From Candidatus Eiseniibacteriota bacterium (GTDB taxonomy: Bacteria; Eisenbacteria; RBG-16-71-46): 64,000 bases of DNA. Where the stretch lies: positions 32,001 to 96,000 of the forward strand of contig JBGAML010000002.1 in assembly GCA_044223005.1 (NCBI GenBank), in the 5' to 3' direction. The position numbers and the translations under genes are program-made. How positions within the stretch are numbered: position 1 is the stretch's first letter; the number at the start of each line of letters is the position of its first letter. Below, piece after piece: positions 52,547-62,676 of the stretch. The notes beneath the pieces were generated by a model. That model did not search any database. It had not been told where the DNA came from and was given only the letters and a program-made list of their open reading frames with translations.

Positions 52547-52819
52547 GGCGGGCTCCGGTCGGGTGCGCCCGGGGCTCCGGGCGAGGTTCGCGCCGCAGAC
52601 TACGCCGGACGCCGCCCGGACGCCCAACGCGCCCGCGGCGCCGCGGCGACGCCCCGCGCGGCGGCCCGGGCGGCGCGGAATCGGTGGCAATTTGCACGAG
52701 GTGGACCTCCACGCGGGCCGAAACGTGTTGGGAGACGGAATTCGGCTTTCGCCCGCCGGCATGCGCGACCCATAATTCGTGCCCAATCCCACCTGCCCAC
52801 GAGGAGCACCGTCCCCCGA

Positions 52820-55726
52820 ATGACCTACCGCCCGATCCGTCGCGCCCCGGCCGCCGGTGGCGCCGTGGCCGCCCGGCCGCGCCGCGCCCTGTCCGTGCTC
52901 GCGATCGCCCTCGCCGCGCTGTTCGTCTTCGCTCCGCGCGAAGCCGGTGCGGCGAAGCGCCTCTACATCGCCAACGACGACCACACCGACTACGTCTGGT
53001 CCGGAACCGCCGCGCAGTACCGCACCGCGTTCCAGGCGATGCTCGACTTCTACATGTCGCAGGCCGAGGCGACGGCGGCGAACCCGTCGGATTCGCGCGG
53101 GCGTTTCAACTGCGACTGCAGCCTGTGGGCGTGGGAGTACGAGCACGCGCGGTCCGCCGCGGACTTCACGCGGCTCGCGGACCACCTGCGCGCGGGCGAC
53201 ATCAGCATGCCGCTCAACCCGGCCGTGCTCTGCTACGGCGGCTCGTCCACCGAGTCCGTGCTGCGCGGCATGTACTACGCGGGCCGGCTCGAGCGCCGGC
53301 TCGGTATGCGGTTCCCGCTCGTGGCGGCGATGGAGAACCAGACGCTGCCCGGCGGCATCGCGTCGCTGTGGGCCGGCGCGGGCGCGCAGTACTCGTGGCG
53401 CGGGGTCTGCGGCTGCGCCAGCAAGACGACGTTCACGCCGCGGCCACGCGAGATCTACCAGTTCGTCGGGCCCGATGGGCAGGGCGTCACGATGAAGTGG
53501 AACACGCAGACCAACTCGTGGACGAGCCTCGGCGGCTACGCGGAGGCGTTCGATCCCGCCGGCGCCGTCGCCTTCATGACGAACGACGCGGGCTGGCTCT
53601 CGCGCTGGCCGTACGACGTGGGCGGCGCGTTCGGCCACGGCGGCGATTCGCTGCAGAGCACCACGAACGCGTTCGTCGCCGCGTCCCAGAACCTCTCCGA
53701 CGCGAGCCGCCGAGTGATCGTCTCCAACGAGACCGACTTCTTCCAGGATTTCCTCGCCAGCTACGGCGGGCAGGTCCCGACGTTCGCGGGCAGCTTCGGC
53801 AACGAATGGGAGCTCTACCAGGCTTCACTCGCGGCCGTGACCGCCGACTTCCGGCGCGAGATGGAGAAGCTGCGGACGGCCGAGGCGCTGGCCACGGTCG
53901 CGTCGCTCCACCAGCCGGGCTTCATGAGCACGCGCACCGCGGCGCGCGACTCGGCGTTCATGGCCGCGGGGCTCTTCTACGAGCACGACTGGACCGGCGA
54001 CGGTGTCGTGCCGCGCGCGACGCGCATGCAGTTCGAGCGCGACCAGCTCACGGTGCTGCGGAACTACGTCGACCCGCTGCAATCCGATGCCCTCGCCGCC
54101 GTGGCGTCGCGCGTCTCGAACCCGGCGGGCACGCAGCGCGTCATGGTCTTCAATCCGCTGTCCTGGAAGCGCACGGACGCCGTCGACGTGACCACGACGC
54201 TCGTGCCGCCGCTCAAGGTGGTCGACGTCGCGACCGGCATCGAGGTCGCGAGCCAGGTGATGTCGACGGGACCCACGGTCGTGCGCGTGCTCGCGAGCCT
54301 GGTGCCCGCGGTCGGCTATCGCGTCTACGAGCTGCGCTCGGGCAACCCGTCGCCCTGGCCGGCCTCGGCCGAGGTCTCGCTGCCGGCGTTCGACAACGGC
54401 ACGTACGCGGTCACGCTCACCGGTCGCGGCGCGCTGGCGAGCGTGATCGACCACCGCGATGCGGATCGCGAATACGTCGACGTCGCCTCCGGCGGGGCGC
54501 TCGACGCCGGCTTCGGCACCGGCACGGTGACGCTGGAGAGCACCGGGCCGGTGTCGACGACGCTGCGTGTCGATGCGGCGAGCACGCCGCCGCGCCGCGT
54601 GCGGGTGACGCTCTACGCGGGCGTGGACCGCATCGACGTGCAGGACGAGCTCCTCGGCAACTTCTCGAACGCGATCACCTACGGCACGCGCTTCGCGCTC
54701 GCGGGTGCGACGCTGCGCCACGAGGAGGTCGGCATGATCGCGAAGGTCGCGCGCGCCGCGCAGGGCGGCGACTACGCCGACCAGAACGCGCGCACCGACT
54801 ACCTCTCGTTCGGGCACTTCCTCGACTTCTCCCTGGCCACTCGGGGCGTCACGGTCTCCAACGCGGACGCGTCGTTCTTCCGCGCGGGCAACAGCACGCC
54901 CACGGCCCTCGACGCGACGACGCCGTCGTTCGAGGCCGTGGCGGGCATGCAAGTCGACGGTCCCGGTCTCGGCTTCGCCGACCAGGGCGGCGACACGTAT
55001 TTCCTGAACCGCTTCGCGCTCCGGACGCACGGCGCGTACGACCCCGCGGCGGCGATGCGGTTCGCGCTCGAACACCAGAACCCGCTCGTCGTGGCGCCGG
55101 TGACCGGCGGAGCCACCGCGCCGCTGCCGGCGACGACGTGGTCGCTGCTCTCGATCTCGTCGAACGACGTGCTGCTGTGGGCGCTGAAACCCGCGGAGGA
55201 GGGCGTCGACCACGGCGTGATCGCGCGCGTGTGGAACCTCGCCGAGGGCACGCGCAACTTCCAGCTCTCGCTGCCCGCCATCGGGATCACGACCGCGACG
55301 CGCACGACGCACGTCGAGACCGACCTCGCGCCCGCCACGGTGTCGGCCGGCGTGCTCGCCGACGCGATCGACCGGCAGCAACTGCGCACGTACCGGCTCA
55401 TGGTGACGCCGGAGTCCGCGGTCGTGGTGCCCGGCCCCGTCACGCCCTCGCTCGCGCTCTCGGTCTACCCGAACCCGCTCGGGCGCACCGGACCCGGCCG
55501 CATCGCGTTCACGCTGCCCGCGGCCGCGCGGGCGCGCGTCACGGTGCGTGACCTGCGCGGCGCGCTCGTCGCGACGCCGCTCGATGCGAACCTGCCCGCG
55601 GGCCGGCAGGACGTGGCGTGGGACCGGCGCGACGCGCACGGCCGGCCGGTGCGCGCGGGGCTCTACTTCGTCGAGGTCGAAGCCGGCGGCGTACGCGCCC
55701 ACGCGCGGATGACCGTGCTCGATTGA
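52820..55726 (+). CDS. Secreted GH38-like glycoside hydrolase with C-terminal FlgD-Ig/T9SS-like domain
   Basis: 'YIANDDHTDY' (HxD), 'EHDW', 'VFNPLSW.RT', 'P.VGY.VY', 'WALKPAEEG...R.WN', CTD 'YPNP...DLRG...WD.RD..G..V.AG.YF'. Confidence 0.7.
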   Translation: MTYRPIRRAPAAGGAVAARPRRALSVLAIALAALFVFAPREAGAAKRLYIANDDHTDYVWSGTAAQYRTAFQAMLDFYMSQAEATAANPSDSRGRFNCDCSLWAWEYEHARSAADFTRLADHLRAGDISMPLNPAVLCYGGSSTESVLRGMYYAGRLERRLGMRFPLVAAMENQTLPGGIASLWAGAGAQYSWRGVCGCASKTTFTPRPREIYQFVGPDGQGVTMKWNTQTNSWTSLGGYAEAFDPAGAVAFMTNDAGWLSRWPYDVGGAFGHGGDSLQSTTNAFVAASQNLSDASRRVIVSNETDFFQDFLASYGGQVPTFAGSFGNEWELYQASLAAVTADFRREMEKLRTAEALATVASLHQPGFMSTRTAARDSAFMAAGLFYEHDWTGDGVVPRATRMQFERDQLTVLRNYVDPLQSDALAAVASRVSNPAGTQRVMVFNPLSWKRTDAVDVTTTLVPPLKVVDVATGIEVASQVMSTGPTVVRVLASLVPAVGYRVYELRSGNPSPWPASAEVSLPAFDNGTYAVTLTGRGALASVIDHRDADREYVDVASGGALDAGFGTGTVTLESTGPVSTTLRVDAASTPPRRVRVTLYAGVDRIDVQDELLGNFSNAITYGTRFALAGATLRHEEVGMIAKVARAAQGGDYADQNARTDYLSFGHFLDFSLATRGVTVSNADASFFRAGNSTPTALDATTPSFEAVAGMQVDGPGLGFADQGGDTYFLNRFALRTHGAYDPAAAMRFALEHQNPLVVAPVTGGATAPLPATTWSLLSISSNDVLLWALKPAEEGVDHGVIARVWNLAEGTRNFQLSLPAIGITTATRTTHVETDLAPATVSAGVLADAIDRQQLRTYRLMVTPESAVVVPGPVTPSLALSVYPNPLGRTGPGRIAFTLPAAARARVTVRDLRGALVATPLDANLPAGRQDVAWDRRDAHGRPVRAGLYFVEVEAGGVRAHARMTVLD

Positions 55727-55730
55727 CCCC

Positions 55731-55766
55731 GGGCCGCGGCCCGGGCGAACGCCCGGACCGCGGCCC
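55731..55766 (+). terminator. GC-rich hairpin after the glycoside hydrolase gene
   Basis: GGGCCGCGGCCCGGGCG-aa-CGCCCGGACCGCGGCCC, one mismatch. Confidence 0.45.
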
Positions 55767-55853
55767 GCTTCGGTCTTGCCCACGCCCGGACCTCGCGGCA
55801 TGATCGGCCGTCGCCGCCGCTCGCCGATCCATCCCTCCGACGAGGTCTTCCGC

Positions 55854-57893
55854 ATGCACCGGATTTCCCCCGCGCGCCTGAAGCCGGGCGTCTCGCTCGA
55901 CACGCTGCCCGGGCCGCGCCCGGGCGACGACCCGACCGCCTCCGCCCAGGGCCACCTCGTGCGCGGCCGCGCGCTCGTGTTCTGGGATCCGAAGCGCCCG
56001 GGCGAGAAGCTCGACGCGATCGACACCGACCAGATCACGCCCGCCGCCGACTGCGTCTCCGAGAGCCTCGAGACGCTCGACGAACGCTGGAAGGCCGGCA
56101 GCTTCCGCTACCTGATGCCGGACTTCCGCGCGCGCGTGCACGCCGGCGCGACGTTCCTCGTCGCGGGCGACCGGTTCGCGATCGGCAGTTCGCGCGAGAT
56201 GAGCCCCGCGGGGCTGAAGGGCGTCGCGGAGGAGAAGGGCCTCGAGATGGTCGTCGTGTGCGGGAACAACATGGGCGACATCTTCCGCCGCAACTCGTTC
56301 AACCTCGGCCTGCACGTGGTGCAGAGCCCCGAGGCCGTGGCCGACGCGCAGGACGACGACGAGTTCACGTTCGATCCCGTCACGCGCGCGCTGGTCAACG
56401 TGACGCGCGGGCGCTCCTACGCGCCGGTGCCGCTCACTCCCAAGGAGGACGAGATTCGCCGCACCGGCGGCATCTTCGCGATCGGCCGGCGCGAGTTCCG
56501 CGACTCCGTGCGCCGTGCGCCCGAGATCGTGTGGCCCGACGCCGCCACCGCGCGCACGCTCACGACGACCGAGCAGATCCTGTGGGCGCATCGCGTCGAC
56601 AAGGACGCCGTCGTCGCGCCGGGTGCGACGCTGCGCGTGTACGCGGACCTGCTGCCGGCGAGCGACGGCACGGCGCCGTTCGCGATCCACACGTTCAACC
56701 AGGTGACGGGCGGGCAGGCGATCTGGCCCCGGCAGCTCGCGATCGCGAACGACCACTTCGTGTTCACCGGCGTGGAGTCCGACGACAAGCAGACGTCCAT
56801 CGGCCGCGCGTTCGCCACGATGCACGGGATCGGCAAGCCGTTCTACGCCACGCCCGGCGATGGCATCTTCCACTTCTACTTCCCGGAACAGGGGCTCGTG
56901 CAGCCCGGCATGATGATCCCGGGCGCCGACTCGCACTCGCGCGCCTACGGTGCGTACGGCGCGATCGGGATCGGCGTGGGCTCGACGACGCTCGGGTTCG
57001 GCTGGAGCACGGGCTACATCTTCACGACGGTGGCGAAGCGCCGGCGCGTGGTGTTCCGCGGCCGGCTCGAGCCGTGGGTGACCGGCAAAGACCTCGTGCT
57101 CGAACTGCTGCGCCGCTGGGGCGCGCCGCAGTCGCAGGGCATGAGCGTCGAGTTCGTCGACGCCGACCGGCAGCTGCCGGTCGCCTACCGCAACACGATC
57201 TGCAACATGATGGCCGAGGCCGAGAGCTGGAACGGCATCTTCGCCGCCGACGAGATCACCGAGGCGTGGTTCGCGGCCAAGGGCATGACCGAGCTGCCGT
57301 ACCCGCGGCTCACGCCCGGCGCCGACGTCGAGTGGGCGATCGACGAGACGCTCGAACTCGGCGATGTGCGCCCGATGATCGCGAAGCCGTTCAGCCCGGG
57401 GAACGCGTTCGCCGCCACCGAGGTCGCGCGCGAGCGGCTCGTGTTCGACAAGGCGATGATCGGCTCCTGCACCAACGGCGGCTACGACGACCTGCTCGCC
57501 GCGGCGCTCGTGCTGCGCGCCGCGCGCGGAAAGGGCGCGACGCGCGCCGTGCGCGAGTTCGTGATCTTCCCGGGCTCGGGCGGCGTGAAGCGCCAGATCG
57601 AGACGCCCGACCCGCGTCTCGGCGGCGAGAGCATCGCGCACGTCTTCCGCGAAGCGGGCGGACAGATCCGCGAGAGCTGGTGCGGCCCGTGCTTCGGCCA
57701 GGGGCCCGACGCGCTCACCCAGGGCCAGCGCGCGATCACGAGCTTCAACCGCAACTGGACGAACCGCATGGGCCTCGGGGGCGAAGGCTACCTCGCGAGC
57801 CCGAGCGTGGTCGCGGCGAGCGCGCTGCTCGGCTACATGGCGCCGCCGAGCGAACTGGGGCTCACCTGGAACGCGGAGGCGTTCGCGGTCTGA
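55854..57893 (+). CDS. Aconitase-family hydro-lyase, LeuD-like swivel domain fused N-terminal to a LeuC-like domain
   Basis: 'IDTDQI.P', 'F.IGSSRE', 'IF.RN..NLGL', then 'DH', 'GI.H', 'GADSH', 'IGSCTNG', 'CGPC.G', 'NRN...RMG', 'YLASP.V.AASA'. Confidence 0.88.
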   Translation: MHRISPARLKPGVSLDTLPGPRPGDDPTASAQGHLVRGRALVFWDPKRPGEKLDAIDTDQITPAADCVSESLETLDERWKAGSFRYLMPDFRARVHAGATFLVAGDRFAIGSSREMSPAGLKGVAEEKGLEMVVVCGNNMGDIFRRNSFNLGLHVVQSPEAVADAQDDDEFTFDPVTRALVNVTRGRSYAPVPLTPKEDEIRRTGGIFAIGRREFRDSVRRAPEIVWPDAATARTLTTTEQILWAHRVDKDAVVAPGATLRVYADLLPASDGTAPFAIHTFNQVTGGQAIWPRQLAIANDHFVFTGVESDDKQTSIGRAFATMHGIGKPFYATPGDGIFHFYFPEQGLVQPGMMIPGADSHSRAYGAYGAIGIGVGSTTLGFGWSTGYIFTTVAKRRRVVFRGRLEPWVTGKDLVLELLRRWGAPQSQGMSVEFVDADRQLPVAYRNTICNMMAEAESWNGIFAADEITEAWFAAKGMTELPYPRLTPGADVEWAIDETLELGDVRPMIAKPFSPGNAFAATEVARERLVFDKAMIGSCTNGGYDDLLAAALVLRAARGKGATRAVREFVIFPGSGGVKRQIETPDPRLGGESIAHVFREAGGQIRESWCGPCFGQGPDALTQGQRAITSFNRNWTNRMGLGGEGYLASPSVVAASALLGYMAPPSELGLTWNAEAFAV

Positions 57894-58953
57894 GCGACGC
57901 GGCGGGCGCGGCCGCCACTGGCGGCGCGCCCCAGCCGAGCGGGATCACCTCGAAGTCGTCCGCGTGCAACGAGTGGAACGCGGGGTTCAGCACGTCGTTG
58001 TCCCACGCGGGATCCATCGTGCCGCTGACGTACAGGTCGGTGCCGTTGTCCGCGACGATCAGGCCGTAGGTCTTCATCGCCTGGAAGATCTTCCGCACGT
58101 CGGCGGGGAACCCCGAGAGATCGACCGAGGCCTTGAGCCGCAGCCGCGTGCCCATCGGCGGCGCGCCCGACGTGGAGCCGGCGGTGTGGCTCGCGGGCCA
58201 GACGTGGCCGTTGGTCGCGCGCACCGTGACGCGAAACGCGTGGGTGATCGGCCCCGCGGCCACGACCTCGTCGTGGCGCACGAGCCCCGGCAGGATCGCG
58301 AGCCCCGCAGCGTCGGCGGAGGTCCAGCCTTCGGCGCGCCGCGCGTCGCTCGCGAGGTCGAACACCGCGCCGGAGCCGGCCTCCCAGCGCTGCAGCGAGC
58401 CGTTCCACTGCGTGGCCCACGTCTCGAAGAGCAGCCGGCGGTCGCGGTCGACCACGAGCAGGTGGCGATCGCCGCTGCTGCCGCCACCCGCCACGCCGCC
58501 CTCGATCACGTTCGCCTGCGTGCGCGCTTCGAGCGGAATCGGGTAGCCCGTGGGGCGCCCGGGCGCGCCCGCATCGCTCTGCGAGCCGTACGGCGAGAAC
58601 GCGACCGCCTTCAGCGCGACGTTCGCGCCGACCACGACGTATGGGATGCCGTAGGGCGGCGGTCCGAAGTCGGGATGCATGCGCCGCGTGGGCGTGGAGT
58701 CCGCGGGCGTGCGGCCGCTGATCCAGTCGATGAACGCCTTCGAACCCGGATCCACCGGTGCGCCGCTGACGTCGACGTTCCACCAGTTCGTGGCGGGGAA
58801 GAGCGTACCGGGATCGCCGAGCACGACGACGCTGTCGGACGCGGGGCTCGTGCTCGCGCCGGGTGCGGGCGCGGCGGACTTCGTGCCGCTGCCGCAGCCG
58901 GCGAGCAGCAGCGCGGCCGCCAGCGCGCCGGCGCGGCGGAGCCGCGCGCTCAC
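57862..58953 (-). CDS. Conserved hypothetical lipoprotein
   Basis: Lipobox LAGC; motifs 'FP..N.WN.D.S..PVD', 'YGIPY', 'GDRH..V.D', 'WTSADAAGL.ILPGL', 'YG.IVADNG'; GTG overlaps upstream stop. Confidence 0.7.
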   Translation of the reverse strand: MSARLRRAGALAAALLLAGCGSGTKSAAPAPGASTSPASDSVVVLGDPGTLFPATNWWNVDVSGAPVDPGSKAFIDWISGRTPADSTPTRRMHPDFGPPPYGIPYVVVGANVALKAVAFSPYGSQSDAGAPGRPTGYPIPLEARTQANVIEGGVAGGGSSGDRHLLVVDRDRRLLFETWATQWNGSLQRWEAGSGAVFDLASDARRAEGWTSADAAGLAILPGLVRHDEVVAAGPITHAFRVTVRATNGHVWPASHTAGSTSGAPPMGTRLRLKASVDLSGFPADVRKIFQAMKTYGLIVADNGTDLYVSGTMDPAWDNDVLNPAFHSLHADDFEVIPLGWGAPPVAAAPAASLRPRTPPRSR

Positions 58954-61571
58954 CGCAGGTCCTGGATCGCCGCCGGCGGGGTCACGTCGGCCGAGCCACC
59001 GAGGCCCGACTGCGGCCACAGCCGGAACGTCGCGAGTTGCTGCTTCGCCAGGCTCGCCTGCAGCACGCCCGCGTTCACGGTGGCGGCGCCGAGGTCGGTC
59101 TCGAGGTGCGTCGTGCGCTGGGCGCTCGCGAGCCCGGTCGCGGGCAGCGAGAGCGCCATCGTACCGCCGGCATCGGCGACGTTCCACACGCGCGCGATCA
59201 CGCCCTGGCTCGAACCCTCTTCGGCGGGCTTGAGCGCCCAGAGCAGCATGCCGGGGGAGGGCAGCGAGAGCAGCGACCACGTCGTGGCAGGCAGCACCGA
59301 ACCTCCGCCACCGGTGACGCGGGTGGCGATCATGGGATCCTGGTGCTCGAGCGCGAAGCGCATCGCGGCGGTGGCGTCGTAGGCGCCGTGCGTCCGCAGC
59401 GAGAAGCGATCCATGAAGCGCGAGTCCCCGCCCTGGTTCGCGATGCCGAGCGAGGTGCCGTCGACCTGCATGCCGACGCACGCCTTGAACCCCGGCGTCG
59501 AGGTGTCGAGCGTCGTCGTCGTGCTGTTGCCGGCCTGGAAGAACGGGCTGTCCCAGTTCGAGACCGTGACGCCGCGGGTGGAGGTGGACAGGTCCACGAA
59601 GTGCCCGAAGCTGAGCCAGTCGGTGCGCGCGTTCTGGTCCGCGTAGTCGCCGCCCTGCGCGGCCCGCGCGACCTTGGCGATCATGCCGACCTCCTCGTGA
59701 CGCATCGTGGCGCCCGAGAGGTTGAACCGCGACGAGTAGGCGACGTTGTTCGAGAAGTTCTGCGTGACGAGCCCTTCGACGTCCACGCGGTTCGTGCCCG
59801 CGTAGAGCGTGACACGCGTCTCGTGCGACGGCGTGCCGCCCGCCACGACGCGCAGCGTGACCGAGACCGGTCCGCTGCTCTCCACCGACACCGTGCCGGC
59901 ACCGCTGCCGAGGTCGTGCACGCCGCCGTTCGCAGCGTCGACCAGTTCGCGGTTGCCGTCCGAGTGGTCGACGATGCTGGTCAGGTTCCCGCGGGTCCCG
60001 AGCGTCACCGCGAGCACGCCGTTGTCCGCCGTGGCGCCGGTGACGGTCGCGGCGGCGGGGAACGTGGCGCCGGCGCCGGCGACGACCTGGTACACCTTGT
60101 AGCCGACCGACGGGACACCACTCGCGAGGATGCGCACGACCGCGGTGCCGTTCACGGTCATCGGCTGGCTCGGGACCTCGCTGCCGGTCGCGACGTCGAT
60201 CACGTGCAGCGGCGCCGCGGTCGAGGTCGGCAGGTCCACGGCCTCGGTGCGCGACCACGAGAGCGGGTTGAAGATCACGTGGCGCTCGCTGCCGCCCGGC
60301 TGCGCCACCGCGGCCGCGAGGCGCGCGAGCGCGGCCGACTGCAGGCCGTCGACGTAGTTCGTGAGCAACGTCAGCTCGTCGCGCTCGAACTGCGCGCGCC
60401 GACTGCGGGCGACCGGGCCGTCCGCGGTCCAGTCGTGCTCGTAGAAGAGCCCCGCGGCCATGAACGCCTGGTCGCGCGCCGTTTCGCGTCCGTTCATGAA
60501 CGTGGGATCGAGCAGCGTCGCGACGGTGGCGAGCGCTTCGGCGGTGCGGAGCTGCTCGACCTTGCGCTTGAACGCCGCCGTGACCTCACCCATCGAAGCC
60601 GAGTAGAGCTCCCACTCGTTGCCGAAGCTGCCGGAGAAGGTCGGGATCTGGCTGCCGTAGTTCGTGGTGAAGTCGTCGAAGAAGTCCTTCTCGTTGGACA
60701 CGATCACGCGGCGGCTCGCGTTGGAGAGCGACTGCGAGGCGCTGACGAACGCGCCCGTGGTCGTCTGCATGTCGTCCCAGCCGTAGCCGAACGCCGCGGA
60801 GACCGGCCACGGCCACGAGGACGCGAACGTGGCGTCGGTGTCCAGGTAGTTGACCGCGTTGGTCGGGTTGCGCGCTTCGCCGTAGCCGCCGATCGACTGG
60901 TTGCCGTTCCGCATCGTGTTCCACTTCATCACCACCGACGAGCCGTCCGGGCCCGCGTAGCGGTAGATCTCGCGCGGGCGGTTGCCCCAGTCCGTGCGCG
61001 TCGCGCAGCCGCACACGCCGCGCCACGAGTACTGCGCGCCCGAACCCGCCCACAGCGAGGCGAGGCCGCCGGGCAGCGTCTGGTTCTCCATCGCGGCGAC
61101 GAGCGGGAACCGCATGTTCCACCGCCGCTCGAGCCGGCCCGCGTAGTACATGCTGCGCAGCACGGCCTCGGCGGGCATGCCCCCGTAGCAGAGCACCGCG
61201 CAGTTGAGCGGCATCGAGAGGTCGCCCGCGCGCAGGTGGTTGGCGAGGCGATTGAGTTCGGTCGCCGACTTGTTCCGCTCGTACTCCCAGACCCAGATGC
61301 TGCCGTCGCAGTTGAACCGGCCGCGCGCGTCCGACGGGTTGCCCGCCGTCGACTCGGACTGGTTCATGTAGTAGTCGAGCATCGTGAGGAAGGCCGTGCG
61401 GTACTGCGCGTCGTCACCCGACCAGAAGTAGTCGGTGTGGTCGTCGTTCGCGATGTAGATCCGCTTCTGCGCGAGTGCCGGCAGGGCGAAGCTCGCCAGG
61501 GCGAGCACGGCGGCGAACGCCATGGCCCACGGGCGGAAGCGGCGGAGCGGACGGGGGTGCGACGCGGTCAT
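58950..61571 (-). CDS. Secreted GH38-like glycoside hydrolase, paralog of 52820-55726 without the FlgD-type CTD
   Basis: Signal peptide ALA-Q; collinear and highly similar to the + strand paralog; ends 'DVTPPAAIQDLR'. Confidence 0.72.
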   Translation of the reverse strand: MTASHPRPLRRFRPWAMAFAAVLALASFALPALAQKRIYIANDDHTDYFWSGDDAQYRTAFLTMLDYYMNQSESTAGNPSDARGRFNCDGSIWVWEYERNKSATELNRLANHLRAGDLSMPLNCAVLCYGGMPAEAVLRSMYYAGRLERRWNMRFPLVAAMENQTLPGGLASLWAGSGAQYSWRGVCGCATRTDWGNRPREIYRYAGPDGSSVVMKWNTMRNGNQSIGGYGEARNPTNAVNYLDTDATFASSWPWPVSAAFGYGWDDMQTTTGAFVSASQSLSNASRRVIVSNEKDFFDDFTTNYGSQIPTFSGSFGNEWELYSASMGEVTAAFKRKVEQLRTAEALATVATLLDPTFMNGRETARDQAFMAAGLFYEHDWTADGPVARSRRAQFERDELTLLTNYVDGLQSAALARLAAAVAQPGGSERHVIFNPLSWSRTEAVDLPTSTAAPLHVIDVATGSEVPSQPMTVNGTAVVRILASGVPSVGYKVYQVVAGAGATFPAAATVTGATADNGVLAVTLGTRGNLTSIVDHSDGNRELVDAANGGVHDLGSGAGTVSVESSGPVSVTLRVVAGGTPSHETRVTLYAGTNRVDVEGLVTQNFSNNVAYSSRFNLSGATMRHEEVGMIAKVARAAQGGDYADQNARTDWLSFGHFVDLSTSTRGVTVSNWDSPFFQAGNSTTTTLDTSTPGFKACVGMQVDGTSLGIANQGGDSRFMDRFSLRTHGAYDATAAMRFALEHQDPMIATRVTGGGGSVLPATTWSLLSLPSPGMLLWALKPAEEGSSQGVIARVWNVADAGGTMALSLPATGLASAQRTTHLETDLGAATVNAGVLQASLAKQQLATFRLWPQSGLGGSADVTPPAAIQDLR

Positions 61572-61700
61572 GCGGGATCCTCGAAAGGTCGAGTGGGCGG
61601 TACCACGGGGTTTTCGGCACTCCGGTGCGGGCTCTTGATCGCCGACGGGCCTGCCCGGGGCGGGCTCGCCGATGCGGCTCCGCGAGGGTAAGGTGCGGGG

Positions 61701-62669
61701 ATGCGACGCGTCACCGGAATTGCAATCGGCCTGCTGGTGCTCGCCGCGGGGCTGCTGCTGAGCCCTCTGGCCCCGGGCAACCTCGTTTCGCACGCCCGCC
61801 CGGCGACCACCTACGCGGCCGGCATCCGCATCGTCGATTCGCTCACGGCGCTCGCCGGCCCCGGGATCTCGTCGGAATGCCGCAGCGAGTGCTTCACCCA
61901 CGGCGGCCGGACGGGGCGCGTGATCGTGCTCTTGCACGGGCTCACGAATTGTCCCGCTCAGTTCGACTCGCTCGCCCGGCTCGCGTTCGCGACGGGCGCC
62001 AACGTCTACGTGCCGCGGTTGCCGCACCACGGATTCGCCGACCGCATGACTCCCGAACTCGCGCGCCTGCGCGCCGAGGAACTGTGTGCGTTCACCGACC
62101 GCGTGCTCGACGCCGCGCACGGGCTCGGCGACAGCGTCACGGTGATGGGGCTCTCGATCGGCGGCGTGATGGCGGCGTGGGCGGGCCAGGAACGCGCCGA
62201 CGTCGATCGCGCCGTCGCGATCGCGCCCATGATCGGCTGGGCCGGGGCGCCCGGCCCCGCGCGGACCGCGGCGCTCGCTCGCCTGGGCGGCACGCTGCCG
62301 AATGCGTTCGTGTGGTGGGACGACCAGCTCAAGGAACGCCTCGGCGGACCGCGGCACGTCTACCCGCGCTTCGCCACGCGCTCGGTCGCCGCCTGCATGC
62401 AGATGGGCGGCGCGACGCTCGCGCGTGCGGCGCACCGCGCGCCCGCGGCGCGCGAGCTGGTGATGATCACGGTGGGCGGCGACAAGGCCGCCGACAACGG
62501 CGCTGCGGCCGCGCTCGTCGCGGCATGGCGCGCGCACGGCGCGCGGAACGTGCGGACGATCGAGTTCCCCGCGTCGCTGCACCTGAACCACGACATCGTG
62601 GATCCCGAGCAGGTCGGCGCCCGCCCCGCGGTGAGCTATCCCGTGCTGCTCGCCGCGCTCGCGCCCTGA
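61701..62669 (+). CDS. Alpha/beta hydrolase (carboxylesterase-like)
   Basis: 'LLHGL', 'PRLP.HG', nucleophile GLSIG, Asp in 'DKAAD', His in 'NHD'. Confidence 0.85.
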   Translation: MRRVTGIAIGLLVLAAGLLLSPLAPGNLVSHARPATTYAAGIRIVDSLTALAGPGISSECRSECFTHGGRTGRVIVLLHGLTNCPAQFDSLARLAFATGANVYVPRLPHHGFADRMTPELARLRAEELCAFTDRVLDAAHGLGDSVTVMGLSIGGVMAAWAGQERADVDRAVAIAPMIGWAGAPGPARTAALARLGGTLPNAFVWWDDQLKERLGGPRHVYPRFATRSVAACMQMGGATLARAAHRAPAARELVMITVGGDKAADNGAAAALVAAWRAHGARNVRTIEFPASLHLNHDIVDPEQVGARPAVSYPVLLAALAP

Positions 62670-62676
62670 GCAGAGC

